The notes: generated from the sequence alone by a model not told the origin. A stretch of 64,000 nucleotides of DNA from an uncultured Candidatus Saccharibacteria bacterium (GCA_964537935.1 CAZICT010000001.1:200228-264227), one strand, 5' to 3'; positions 48,361-58,402 are shown, counted from the first letter of the stretch. Numbers and translations are program-made.

Positions 48361-48402
48361 CCCCTACTCTATCATCTTTGTTTAGTTAAATAATCTTGAG
48401 CC

Positions 48403-48750
48403 TTAGTTTTGCAATGTTGCTGTTGGCGCGGCAGAAACAAGCTGTTTAGCTGCTTCGCTTGTCTTTATTCGCTCAAGCGACTGTAAGCGTGCGGCATCCA
48501 ACACTAGCTGGTTATGCTCTGCTTCAAGACTAGACTGCTCATTACGCAAATCATCGATCTTATAAGTGTATGAATTAGCCTTTGTGACTTGTGTCAGGTA
48601 TAGAAGACCTAGCAGACACGCTAACACAATAAGCATGATAGTATTGCTGATTGGTCCGATGCTACGCTGCTCGCCGCGAAAAGTGGTTGTGTTTTGATTT
48701 CGTGTCGAGTATCTTTGCCGACTCATATTTAAAGAGCTTGAATATGTCAT
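48403..48750 (-). CDS. ftsL: FtsL-like cell division protein
   Basis: TM helix plus coiled coil between rsmH and ftsI. Confidence 0.65.
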   Translation of the reverse strand: MTYSSSLNMSRQRYSTRNQNTTTFRGEQRSIGPISNTIMLIVLACLLGLLYLTQVTKANSYTYKIDDLRNEQSSLEAEHNQLVLDAARLQSLERIKTSEAAKQLVSAAPTATLQN

Positions 48751-48896
48751 ATGTTTCTTTTTATGTTTATTTTTGTGTGGCTACTCTCACGGACTTTTAT
48801 CTATGAGAGCAGCCTTTTTGTGCGGTTAAGGCTTTAGCCTACTCTGACTTTTACCTTATATGCACGGGAGAGGTTTTTTACCTGGATAGGCATAGT

Positions 48897-49817
48897 CTAC
48901 TCCCTTTCCTTTTGGTTTTTTATTTTAACTGCGGCGCGGAGCTTGGCGCTCCTGGCACGCGGATTAATAGCGACTTCCTCTTGCGTTGCCATGACCGGCT
49001 GCTTCGTGAGCAGACGCAGGACAGCGTCATACCGGTTACCAGCGTATTCATTAAACTGTTGCTTAACGATACGATCTTCCAAACTATGGAAGCTGATAAC
49101 CGCTATTCGCCCTCCCGGGGATAGTAGATCTATCCAAAACGGTATTGCGCTTTCTAGAAGTTCTAGTTCGCTGTTAACCGCCATACGTAGCGCTTGGAAC
49201 GTTCGTGTGGCAGGATGAACCTTACTATGCCCCGGCCAAGCGAGGGCAACGATTTCTGCCAATTCGTGTGTAGTCGTAATGGGCCGGTGTTCCACTATCA
49301 ATGAAGCAATTTTGGTTGCTCGTGGCTCTTCACCATACCGTTTGATGATACGTGCCAGTTCCGCTTTGGGATAGTTGTTGACTATCTCCTCTGCCGTCAA
49401 ACTTTGCCGCTCATCCATACGCATATCCAGCGGTCCATTCAGCCGTATACTAAACCCACGACTGGCATTGTCAAGGTGCGGTGACGATACACCCAAATCA
49501 GCCAAAATTATATCGTATTGTTCGCCTTGCTTCTTAAGTTCTTGGGCAGCTGCTTTATAATCCTTGTGGACCATTGTTACATTATGCCCTTGAAACTTCT
49601 TCTGCAGACAATCAATCGCCTGTTGATCGCGATCAACTAAAGTTGATTTTGAAAGTTGTAAGGTACGTTCCAGTATCTTTTCAGCGTGTCCGCCGTAGCC
49701 TGCCGTAAGGTCAAGGTATTTTTCCCCTTCCTTAGGATCAAGCACGGTCAGTACTTCTGAAAGTAATACCGGAAAATGTGTGATATTTTTTTGGTGATTT
49801 GTTTTGGTGTTTTTCAT
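48897..49817 (-). CDS. rsmH: 16S rRNA m4C1402 methyltransferase
   Basis: HFPVLL, DLTAGYGGH, DLGVSS, PLDMRM, HPATRTFQALR, FHSLEDRIVK, NPRARSAKLR. Confidence 0.96.
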   Translation of the reverse strand: MKNTKTNHQKNITHFPVLLSEVLTVLDPKEGEKYLDLTAGYGGHAEKILERTLQLSKSTLVDRDQQAIDCLQKKFQGHNVTMVHKDYKAAAQELKKQGEQYDIILADLGVSSPHLDNASRGFSIRLNGPLDMRMDERQSLTAEEIVNNYPKAELARIIKRYGEEPRATKIASLIVEHRPITTTHELAEIVALAWPGHSKVHPATRTFQALRMAVNSELELLESAIPFWIDLLSPGGRIAVISFHSLEDRIVKQQFNEYAGNRYDAVLRLLTKQPVMATQEEVAINPRARSAKLRAAVKIKNQKERE

Positions 49818-49907
49818 GCTTTTTTGTTTTTGCAAGGTTTGCCAATTCCGCTCGGGCTTTTGGCGCCGGGCGGGATAGCTGCCCTTCCAAAAATTTTTGT
49901 TTTTGCA

Positions 49908-50156
49908 AGGTCACCTATTCAGCAATCAACTTTTTGTTTTTTAAATGTTTTTGTTTTTGTTTGTTTCGTTAAGCTCTTGTAAAGAAGGTTACTTGTGTAA
50001 GATTTAAAAAATCTTCTAACTTCTTACTTCTTAACAAAACGATTGTTGAGAGACTTATGTGTGAGGTGGAGTTTTGGGAGGTGTTTTGAGATAAGGTACA
50101 AAGGTTTTTTGAGTGGTTGCCTTCGATCCACTTGTTGATTGCCGAATAGCTGACCT
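49908..50156 (-). repeat. 23-bp long-range inverted repeat enclosing 203 nt
   Basis: 49908-49930 vs 50134-50156: 21/23 Watson-Crick pairs plus one G.U on the minus strand. Confidence 0.75.
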
Positions 50157-50202
50157 CGAGTCAGTTTCGTTTTTAATATGTTAAAGAGCTACTGGATCGG
50201 TA

Positions 50203-50562
50203 CTAGGCAGCCATGATGCGCCAATATCGTCCAGCTCGAACCGCTACCACATCCCGGTCAATTCCCGCATAGTCAAGCAGATGCTGCTCTATGAGCACTC
50301 TTCCCTGCTTCTGATCCAATGCGGCTTCGGTTTTACCAGTTCGGAATTGAACGTTCAGATCTGCTGTATGCTCGTCAAGGATATTGCCTTGAAGTTGCGT
50401 TTCGACCTGCTCATCCCAGACCGATTTAGGATACAGATGCAAATACTTCTGAAATCCTCTGGTGAGTACTACTCCTGTTTCAAACTCGGCTCGAAGTTCG
50501 GCTGGTATAGTCAGCCGCCGCTTGTCGTCTAGCTTGCGTTCGAAATAGTCTACCGTGGCCAT
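50203..50562 (-). CDS. mraZ: Transcriptional regulator MraZ
   Basis: LDDKRRLTIPA and QGRVLI AbrB-type repeats; first gene of the dcw cluster. Confidence 0.92.
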   Translation of the reverse strand: MATVDYFERKLDDKRRLTIPAELRAEFETGVVLTRGFQKYLHLYPKSVWDEQVETQLQGNILDEHTADLNVQFRTGKTEAALDQKQGRVLIEQHLLDYAGIDRDVVAVRAGRYWRIMAA

Positions 50563-50626
50563 TTGGTGTGATTTAAATTACTAGTGGTTTTTATTTTTTT
50601 CGTATCTGGTAGGCTGTTTTGCCCTA

Positions 50627-50678
50627 CCCACGATTACCCACTGACAGTAGTGTACAACCCACTCCTACCCACATGCAA
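50627..50678 (-). promoter_or_regulatory. dcw promoter with MraZ-binding direct repeats
   Basis: Four GTGGG repeats (50627, 50637, 50658, 50668), in pairs 10 nt apart, overlapping TTGCAT-18nt-TACACT. Confidence 0.75.
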
Positions 50679-50712
50679 GTCTTTTAGCCAATATTACTCT
50701 GAACTACAACAC

Positions 50713-50743
50713 TTATCCACAGACAAATAACTGTTGTGGATAA
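50713..50743. promoter_or_regulatory. Inverted pair of perfect DnaA boxes
   Basis: TTATCCACA at 50713-50721 and TGTGGATAA at 50735-50743. Confidence 0.7.
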
Positions 50744-50790
50744 AGACACTACATATAGCGTTTGAACTTGCTATATAAACACAACTAAAT

Positions 50791-51420
50791 TTATGTCTGC
50801 CGTATCAATCCGTAGGCTTGATGCAAACTGCTCACCGCATCATCAGTTAAGGTCGTATCGTTAATCGGTGCTAGCTCAGGACGACACATTAAAACCTGAC
50901 TCCAGTTCTCGGGCAGATTTCTTAGGGGCTTATCATCTACTATTACGCCCTTGCCCTCAGTGAACTCACGCCGTAGAAAATCCGCCTTAAGCTCACTTAC
51001 TACGTGGACCGGCACACAAAGCTGTCCAAGCTTTCTGCACAGACCCATTTTAAATCTCTGAAACTCACCGTCACCATAAGTCAGGATGCGTACATCAGGA
51101 AACTCATTTTTCATCTGAACTACGGTGCCATGAACATCATCAAAACAAAAATCCATCTGTTTTTGCTGTATTGCCTTATCTATTTCTCCGGAGACAAATG
51201 ACCAACTTCTCCCTGATATTGCTTCAATATGTTGGCGGAATTGGTATATGTTATGAGAATCGGCGTCGCGAGAATCATAGTAATCAGAAAGTGTCCCAGC
51301 AAAAGCCCCGGACTCTATGGTAAATCGCTCAACCATAAAGTCGTCGATCCAGCCCACCATATCTACGTAATTAAATAACACGCCGTCAAAATCCAAAAAC
51401 AGGTAATCCGGTTTACTCAC
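50791..51420 (-). CDS. HAD-like hydrolase
   Basis: FLDFDGVL, ILTYG, IVDDK. Confidence 0.7.
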   Translation of the reverse strand: MSKPDYLFLDFDGVLFNYVDMVGWIDDFMVERFTIESGAFAGTLSDYYDSRDADSHNIYQFRQHIEAISGRSWSFVSGEIDKAIQQKQMDFCFDDVHGTVVQMKNEFPDVRILTYGDGEFQRFKMGLCRKLGQLCVPVHVVSELKADFLRREFTEGKGVIVDDKPLRNLPENWSQVLMCRPELAPINDTTLTDDAVSSLHQAYGLIRQT

Positions 51421-52415
51421 TATAAAAGTCCCATAATCGCCTTAGCGATTACATCGCCGTCATGTCGAATGAGCGATCTTTTAATAAAAGTATCATTCCG
51501 ATTCCTGGATTGGGCCTGTTTTGACAAAAAATCTCCGCCAATGGCCTTATAGTGCGCTCGCTTTAGAATTTCTGTATCTATGGCTATAGGATACTCTCCT
51601 TCAACAGCATACTTGTTCAATATCGCCTTGGAGGGAAGCTTGTTGTTATAGAGAACGACATCGATAGCTTGACCACCGATAAACCGCTCAAGTTCGTCAA
51701 CATAATCATGTACCGCAAACCCGGCGGTTTGGTGCGGTTTATTGACCAGATTAGCCACATAAACTATTGGGGCCTTGGTTTGTCTAAGGGTGCGTCCAAT
51801 GCCATCAACAAGTAGGGCTGGCGCAAGTGATCCGTACAGATTTCCGGGAGCAATAACTACAAGATCAGCTTCTAAAATGGCCTGGCGCGCTTTTGGAGAT
51901 AAGTCAGCCTTAGGCTCCAGGTAAAGTTTTGGGCGCTCATCTTCTTCAAAATTTAGTTGAGAAATCTCATACTCGCCCTTTAAGGTGCCGGCATAGGTAT
52001 CGATTACCAAGTGGCAGTTATCCAAGGTAATTGGTAGCACCTTCCCTTTAATGTTGAGTACCTTTTCCGCAAGTTCAACCGCCTGCCCAAAGTCTTTGCT
52101 CATCATTTCAAAGGCGCTTAAAAACAGGTTGCCGAATGAATGACCGGCCGCAAAAGTACCTTTAGGGAAGCGGTAGTTAAACAGTTCACGTAATGTTTCC
52201 GGCGACTGACTAAGCGCAACCAGACATTGGCGCACATCACCCGGCGGCAATACTCCCAGTTCATCCCTAAGGACGCCTGTCGAACCGCCATTATCGGCCA
52301 TGTTGACTAATGCCGTTATGGAAATCGGGTGATGCTTCAGGCTGGATAATAATGTAAAGCTCCCTGTTCCTCCGCCAATCACCACCACTTTGGATCGGTT
52401 ATCGTTGTGCTTCAT
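51420..52415 (-). CDS. yvcK: YvcK/GlmR (CofD-like) UDP-GlcNAc-binding protein
   Basis: VVIGGGTG, ADNGGSTG.LRDELGVLPPGD.R, GHSFGNLF, PGNLYGS, LIRHD. Confidence 0.9.
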   Translation of the reverse strand: MKHNDNRSKVVVIGGGTGSFTLLSSLKHHPISITALVNMADNGGSTGVLRDELGVLPPGDVRQCLVALSQSPETLRELFNYRFPKGTFAAGHSFGNLFLSAFEMMSKDFGQAVELAEKVLNIKGKVLPITLDNCHLVIDTYAGTLKGEYEISQLNFEEDERPKLYLEPKADLSPKARQAILEADLVVIAPGNLYGSLAPALLVDGIGRTLRQTKAPIVYVANLVNKPHQTAGFAVHDYVDELERFIGGQAIDVVLYNNKLPSKAILNKYAVEGEYPIAIDTEILKRAHYKAIGGDFLSKQAQSRNRNDTFIKRSLIRHDGDVIAKAIMGLL

Positions 52416-52583
52416 ATCTATGTCAAATCGTCTCTTTTCATATATTGTAGTGTATATTGTCGTACATGCACGTAAATGTCGATCGCTTTAGCTATCGACA
52501 TAGGTACGAGTTTATCAGCGAGCTTATCGACAGTTACACCTAAGAAATTAATTTTATTACTAATACGTCACACGAGGTATAAA

Positions 52584-53846
52584 TTACTGTTTTCGCAAGG
52601 TCTTTACCACGCTGCCGAACCATTCGGCGCTGGGTCGAAGGGTTCGCTTCATACCACGCTCTCTGTCAACATGAACCAGTCCAAATTTTGGCCACCAGCC
52701 ATAAGCCCATTCAAAATTATCAAGCAAGCTCCAGTGGAAATAACCACGCAAATCCACCCCCTCGCTTATGGCTCTTTCCATCGCTAAAATGGTTTGCTCC
52801 AACCACCAGCGGCGATGTTGATCTTTGGCATCGGCAACGCCGTTTTCAGTAATAATTATCGGCTTCTTGTAGTGCTCCCAGACTCTCAGCAAAAGCGGAT
52901 ATAACCCTTCGGGCTCCATGTACCAACCAAGATCGTTAGTAGGAAACGATGGATTACTGCGCTTAAAGTTTCTGTAGTAATCGGTAAAGTAATAATTGAA
53001 GCCAACGTAATCCTGATAACGCTTAACGCGATTTAAAAACCACCAGTTCCAGAAATAACGCATCCATTTTGTAGTTATAGAATCGATAACATTATGCGGT
53101 CGTTTGGCTTGAATATTAGCTAATTGAGAAGCAATGCCGATCTGTAAACTAGGCTTTCGTGCCTTAAGAATAGCGTATGCTCTGCGATGTGCACGCGTAA
53201 GATTCCAATAAACTTTCATAAATTTAAGCCAGTTCTTTTGTTGCGGCGGCCATTCACCGGTCAAATAGCCAAAACTGGTGTATACATTCGGTTCATTAAG
53301 CGTTATGACATATGTCACCTGACCGATAAGTTCATCAGCAATTTTTTGCACGAACCGATCAAAATATTGCAGGTTTTGTCGTTTTTCAAAACCGCCCTTT
53401 TCTGCAAACCATGTTGGCATTGTCCAGTGCCATATATTAAGCATCGGTGTAATACCTTTTAGTTTTAGCTGGGCAATATAGGTACGATAATGCTCTATAG
53501 CTTCAAGATTCCACTCGCCTTCCTTTGGTTCCATCCGGGCCCATTCTATGCCAAACCTAAAAGCATTTAGATTCATGTCTTTTAGTAAAGAAAAATCTTC
53601 CTTATAGCGTTTGTAGTGATCGACACCGCGGCCAGAAATATAATTGGCAGGATTTGCCGCCCGGTTCTTAAACCGATCCCAACCCTGGATCCACTGCAAC
53701 CGCTTATTTGCCGTCTTTGCTAATTCGGCGGCGTTTGCCAGTTCCCACACCGTCCAGTCATTTTCCAAACCGCCTTCAACCTGGTGGCTGGCGGTCGAAG
53801 CTCCCCACATAAAATGTTTAGGAAATAATGGTTTTTGTTTGCTCAT
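52584..53846 (-). CDS. Glycoside hydrolase family 1 (beta-glucosidase-like)
   Basis: FMWGASTASHQVEG, TLNEP, ITENG, GYFHWSLLDNFEWA.G. Confidence 0.93.
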   Translation of the reverse strand: MSKQKPLFPKHFMWGASTASHQVEGGLENDWTVWELANAAELAKTANKRLQWIQGWDRFKNRAANPANYISGRGVDHYKRYKEDFSLLKDMNLNAFRFGIEWARMEPKEGEWNLEAIEHYRTYIAQLKLKGITPMLNIWHWTMPTWFAEKGGFEKRQNLQYFDRFVQKIADELIGQVTYVITLNEPNVYTSFGYLTGEWPPQQKNWLKFMKVYWNLTRAHRRAYAILKARKPSLQIGIASQLANIQAKRPHNVIDSITTKWMRYFWNWWFLNRVKRYQDYVGFNYYFTDYYRNFKRSNPSFPTNDLGWYMEPEGLYPLLLRVWEHYKKPIIITENGVADAKDQHRRWWLEQTILAMERAISEGVDLRGYFHWSLLDNFEWAYGWWPKFGLVHVDRERGMKRTLRPSAEWFGSVVKTLRKQ

Positions 53847-53900
53847 TACTGAATGTAGATTATAACGAAGTGTCTCGCGGGGCCCAACTTTTTAATGGCT

Positions 53901-54323
53901 TTAAAGTCCGGCATTTCCCTGCTTATGTAATTCAGCCGCTTCACTGATTAGATCTTTTACTGCCGGCAAATCGAGGTCGTTAATAGACTTAAAACGGATA
54001 CAGCTCTTACCACAGCTTACTTTGCCCAATCTATCGCTGTAGATCTCCGGTAAGTATTTACCGTCCCTTACGGCCGATACGTACATACTCAGGTGATTTT
54101 TTTGCTTAGCTAAAGCAATAATCGGCCAATCACCTTCTTTTCCGCTCGAGTATTTATAATGATAACTACCGTACGAAACCATAGACATGCTCATGCCGTT
54201 AAATAAGTACCGCTCTAGTTCCGGCACCGTATCAGTAATAAGTTTGTCTAATTTTCTAAGATCCTGTTCGTTTTTTTCAGATTTGGTAAAGTATTCATCA
54301 ATTGAACCAGCGTTTAATTTCAT
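53901..54323 (-). CDS. DUF1801-domain protein
   Basis: YGSYHYKYSSGKEGDW...KQKNHLSMY...GKSCIRFK. Confidence 0.8.
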   Translation of the reverse strand: MKLNAGSIDEYFTKSEKNEQDLRKLDKLITDTVPELERYLFNGMSMSMVSYGSYHYKYSSGKEGDWPIIALAKQKNHLSMYVSAVRDGKYLPEIYSDRLGKVSCGKSCIRFKSINDLDLPAVKDLISEAAELHKQGNAGL

Positions 54324-54357
54324 GTAGTTATTGTAGCGTGTTATAGAAATATAGTAT

Positions 54358-55143
54358 CTATTTTATGCTGTCTATCAGTTCCATTTCTCTTTCGTTTAGT
54401 TCAAAATCAAACACGTCGATATTTTGTTTAATCCTGTCGGGATTTCCGGATTTAGGAATAGGCACCGTATTGTGCTGCAAGGCCCAGCGAAGCACAACTT
54501 GAGCCTCTGATTTTCTATGTGAGGTTGAAATTTTTTTGACGACCGGTTCTTCCAGTATTTCACCACGCGCCAACGGACTATAGGCCTCGACAACGATACC
54601 GTGTTCGTTACAGTACTCCAATAACTCTTTCTGCTGCTGATAGTTATATGGATGGAACTCTATCTGATTAACAGCTGGCATAATATCAGAATAGCTTGCC
54701 GCCTCTTTTAGATGGCTAATCTCATAGTTTGACACCCCGATGGCTTTAGCTTTACCGGTCTTATAAATTTCGCCAAGCGCCCTCCAGCTATCTTTTCGAG
54801 CCCTTGGATCTGTGCCCGGCCAGTGGATTAAGTAAAGATCAATGTACCCAACCCCCAGTTTGTGCAATGATGTTTCAAAAGCTAACCTGGCGGTTTTATA
54901 ACCCAAGTCACCCCTTCCAAGTTTAGTTGTTACAAAAAGCGCACCACGCGACACACCGCTATTACACACAGAATCACCAACGCTTATTTCATTGCCGTAT
55001 ATTGCCGCGGTGTCAATTAGCCTATACCCCGAATGTATAGCGTTCTTAACGGCTTCACGTGCCTCCACCCCTTCTGCTAGTTGCCAGGTTCCAAACCCGA
55101 TCGCAGGTATGGTTGTTCCGGTATTCAGCTTTTTTACGTACAC
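54358..55143 (-). CDS. Aldo/keto reductase
   Basis: GFGTW, GYRLIDTAAIYGNE, DLYLIHWP, IGVSNY, NQIEFHP, IPKS. Confidence 0.95.
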   Translation of the reverse strand: MYVKKLNTGTTIPAIGFGTWQLAEGVEAREAVKNAIHSGYRLIDTAAIYGNEISVGDSVCNSGVSRGALFVTTKLGRGDLGYKTARLAFETSLHKLGVGYIDLYLIHWPGTDPRARKDSWRALGEIYKTGKAKAIGVSNYEISHLKEAASYSDIMPAVNQIEFHPYNYQQQKELLEYCNEHGIVVEAYSPLARGEILEEPVVKKISTSHRKSEAQVVLRWALQHNTVPIPKSGNPDRIKQNIDVFDFELNEREMELIDSIK

Positions 55144-55250
55144 CTTTATCTCCTTTGTAAGCTTCTTACATATAGTCTATCTCCGGCCTTTATAATTGTT
55201 AGTTAAATAAACTACATTGCCCTGCCGTTTCGGGTTGTTATTATTTATCT

Positions 55251-55778
55251 ATGCAGCCTAGATACTTTATCGGCATTAGCCTTCCTGAGGATATAACTGG
55301 CCGTATTCAGGATATTCAAACTAGCTTATACGAAGAAGAAACTATGTTAGAACCTTTAGTGCCTCACATAACACTCGTACATCCAAACGCACTTCAGACT
55401 TTGGCGCCAATGTACTTTATTCCAAAAGCAAAAGACGCAGCGACACCATTATTGCCTATTGAGATAACGCTCACCGACATACAGGTTTTTCATAACAGCG
55501 TTGCTCATATTTCCGTTAGTAGCGAAGGATTAAATAAGCTCCACAGTTCGTTGCTGGCACTTTTACCTAAATCAGTAATTGCTCAGTATTATACGGACCG
55601 AAACTACAAACCTCACGTCACTCTGCTCCAGGCAAAGCAGCGCCAGAAAATAACACCGGCTTTACTCGCTAATCTTAATGACAGACTTCAGTCACTACTG
55701 CCTATTAATTTCACCGTAACTCAAATATCTTGTTACAAGTGGATTTCGAGCCGGGAATACAAAATCGAAAAGCTTTAA
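55251..55778 (+). CDS. 2H phosphoesterase (2'-5' RNA ligase family)
   Basis: Two HxT motifs: PHITL and PHVTL. Confidence 0.85.
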   Translation: MQPRYFIGISLPEDITGRIQDIQTSLYEEETMLEPLVPHITLVHPNALQTLAPMYFIPKAKDAATPLLPIEITLTDIQVFHNSVAHISVSSEGLNKLHSSLLALLPKSVIAQYYTDRNYKPHVTLLQAKQRQKITPALLANLNDRLQSLLPINFTVTQISCYKWISSREYKIEKL

Positions 55779-56393
55779 CTATTTGGACTGCCGTTTGTTA
55801 CCCGAGCTACGTTTTGTCTTTCCGTTTCGGTATGAAAGCTCTTTACGGTGAGTATCAAGTCGTTCAACGTAGTTATCATACTTATTAAATAGACTTGAGT
55901 AACTACCGGTCGGAGCTAAAACTTTAAGAAGTTTATTCTTACTTTCCAGATATTCGATAAGGCTAAAGAAATCACCGTCACCGGACACGATAACGGCTTG
56001 ATGATAGTTATCAATCTCCTTCATCGCCCACAACACTAAATCCGCATCGACGTTACCTTTAACAACTTTTTTGTCTTCTTCACTCTCTTTTTGCGGTTCA
56101 ATTTTTAACTCTTTAAGTTCACTGTCTTCGAGCAGTTCGGGCTGCGGTCTTGTCATATCGAAAGTTTGCTTTAGTACAATCGCATATCCTGTATCGTGCA
56201 ATTGCACATACATATCTTCAAACTCCGGTACGTAGCCAATAAACATGAATGCTTTTGTGACGCCATACTTATCAGCTAAAAACTTACGGAACTTATGCCA
56301 ATCAATCTTCCAGCCAAGCTTTTGTACGCTTACATTCAGATTTTGACTGTCAATAAATGCATACACATCTTTTTTTCTACTTCTTCTTGCCAT
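55779..56393 (-). CDS. NYN-domain (PIN-like) protein
   Basis: AFIDSQNL, KGNVDADLV, VSGDGDF. Confidence 0.88.
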   Translation of the reverse strand: MARRSRKKDVYAFIDSQNLNVSVQKLGWKIDWHKFRKFLADKYGVTKAFMFIGYVPEFEDMYVQLHDTGYAIVLKQTFDMTRPQPELLEDSELKELKIEPQKESEEDKKVVKGNVDADLVLWAMKEIDNYHQAVIVSGDGDFFSLIEYLESKNKLLKVLAPTGSYSSLFNKYDNYVERLDTHRKELSYRNGKTKRSSGNKRQSK

Positions 56394-56457
56394 ACGCTTC
56401 AATCATAACACTTTCCTTGTCTTTCAAAGTTGGTGTTTATCAAAAAATAATGGATAT

Positions 56458-56832
56458 CTATAGGTGAGAGCCTATGGCAATAATATTACCTGACGGATCC
56501 TTGAACCATGCAGCCTTAAAATTGGCTAAAGTATAGATATCTCCCTGTCGCTTTGCTCCAGGCATATCGAATTCTTCGAATTTCACACCGCGCTCTTTAA
56601 GTGAAGTTACCGTACCCTCCGGATCGATTACTTCGATAATGGCACACGTAGCTTTATTGGTACCGGCATATTCGGATTCAAACACTGCGAATCTGCTCAT
56701 ACCTGATTGGAACCAAGTGCCGTTCGGATTTTCATCCACAATAGTAAGCCCTAATGTTTTTCCGTAAAATTCTATTGATTCTTGCAAATTCTTTGCAGGA
56801 ATTGCGGTATACATTGTGAGATTGCTTAGCAT
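56458..56832 (-). CDS. VOC/glyoxalase family protein
   Basis: FYGKTLGL, RGVKFE, AWFKDPSGN. Confidence 0.88.
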   Translation of the reverse strand: MLSNLTMYTAIPAKNLQESIEFYGKTLGLTIVDENPNGTWFQSGMSRFAVFESEYAGTNKATCAIIEVIDPEGTVTSLKERGVKFEEFDMPGAKRQGDIYTLANFKAAWFKDPSGNIIAIGSHL

Positions 56833-56872
56833 AAATGTTTCTTTTTGTATCCTCTAAAGTTGGATTATACCA

Positions 56873-58402
56873 TCAACTGGATATTATAGCGTCTTCGCCA
56901 AAAAGCTTTTGCAATCGCATTTTTATCGCTCCAGGGTGTCTGCCAAGCTTATTTATCAGTTTATCCATACTCACAGTCGTATTTTTGCTGAACATTTTGA
57001 CCAGTTGAGCATCATCCTCGGCAGTCCAGGGCTTGTAAGCATTCGGATAAGTTTCGCGCATTTTTTCTAATCTCTGCTTCCATGAAGCTTTGCCAAGGGG
57101 CTTGGTGTTTGTAATCTCTTCCTTTTCCCGGCGTTTTGCTCGTTCGCGTAAATATTCAAACTTTTGTATATGAGAGCTCGAATCGAGGCGCAGTTGCCTA
57201 TCGACCTCTAATGCTTCCTGGCTTATACGTAGCGCCATTTTATTAATTCCAGCCAGGCTTAAATTCTTTAGGCTTCGTACCCTGGACAATGCTACGTAAC
57301 CCATACCTTCAACAAAAGCACGACGCAAATCTATCCTGGCGGCATCAAGCGTCATTCCCTGGCTTTTGTGAACCGTTATGGCCCAAGCAAGCCGCAACGG
57401 AATCTGGGTTATGCTTGCCCGTTTTTTGTCACCATCGCGCAGCTCCCATGTCTCAGGCGCTATAATAATTCTTCGGCCATGTTTTAGCTCAACCTCAGGA
57501 AAGTTGGTGCTTTTTTCAAAGCCGACTACAGTACCAAGTGTTCCGTTGACATATTTCTTTTCAGGATTGTTGCGGATACACATTACAAGCGCGCCTTTTT
57601 TCAGTATCAATTCTTCCTGAGCCAGACAAGAACGCTTCAGTGTTTCAACATAGTTACTCTTTCCAGTAGTAGACATGTGGTAATGATTCGGCGTGGCTTT
57701 TAGTGAGGCCAGTCTTTTTGAGTTTATTTCATCAACATCAACATTAGTTGTGTGGAGTTCGGTCAATTCCTCGAAAGGATCAAGTGGCTGTTGCCTGGCA
57801 AGCAAAGCTTCAGCGTGCCTTCGACGCAAATCGTTGGCCCTGATTGCATTCAAAATTTCAAGAAATTCGCTATCATCCTGACGATGCTGCTCGCCCAAAT
57901 AACAGATTACAGGGTCTAGTTCTTGCCATACGTTTGAGCTGAGTACAAATTGTGCGCGGTTACCGCCTCGTTCGACTGGCGGCAGCTGGAAAAAATCTCC
58001 TGATAATATTACCTGTATGCCGCCAAACGGTTCGTCTATACCGCGTACACGGCGACTAATTTCATCTACCATATCCAGGCGATAATCATGCAGCATTGAT
58101 ATTTCATCTATAATTAACACGTCGGTCTTAGCGATTGTTTCGCGGCGGCCTTTTTGTAAATGCTCATGAAAATCCTTTGGTAGTTGATCGTGAATACCTA
58201 TACCGCTCCAAGCGTGTATGGTATTGCCGTTTAGATGCGTGGCAGCCAAACCGGTCGTTGCAGTCACGGACACATGTTTTCCCTCAAGTTTTGCTCGCTT
58301 TATAAATTGATTAAGCACATGTGTTTTACCCGACCCTGCTGGACCGGTCAAAAGCACACTTTCACCTGCTCCCATAATCTCCAACGCTAAAGCTTGATCC
58401 AT
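56873..58402 (-). CDS. PIF1-family 5'-3' DNA helicase
   Basis: TGPAGSGKT, TIHAWSGIG, IDEISM, PFGGIQVILSGDFFQLPPV, LAWAITVHKSQGMTL, YVALSR. Confidence 0.92.
   Translation of the reverse strand: MDQALALEIMGAGESVLLTGPAGSGKTHVLNQFIKRAKLEGKHVSVTATTGLAATHLNGNTIHAWSGIGIHDQLPKDFHEHLQKGRRETIAKTDVLIIDEISMLHDYRLDMVDEISRRVRGIDEPFGGIQVILSGDFFQLPPVERGGNRAQFVLSSNVWQELDPVICYLGEQHRQDDSEFLEILNAIRANDLRRRHAEALLARQQPLDPFEELTELHTTNVDVDEINSKRLASLKATPNHYHMSTTGKSNYVETLKRSCLAQEELILKKGALVMCIRNNPEKKYVNGTLGTVVGFEKSTNFPEVELKHGRRIIIAPETWELRDGDKKRASITQIPLRLAWAITVHKSQGMTLDAARIDLRRAFVEGMGYVALSRVRSLKNLSLAGINKMALRISQEALEVDRQLRLDSSSHIQKFEYLRERAKRREKEEITNTKPLGKASWKQRLEKMRETYPNAYKPWTAEDDAQLVKMFSKNTTVSMDKLINKLGRHPGAIKMRLQKLFGEDAIISS

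Noticed and set aside
52476-52532. Hairpin ATGTCGAT...ATCGACAT and ORF 52476-52787
   Set aside because: Probably a simple terminator or operator between GH1 and yvcK; the ORF overlaps GH1 antisense.
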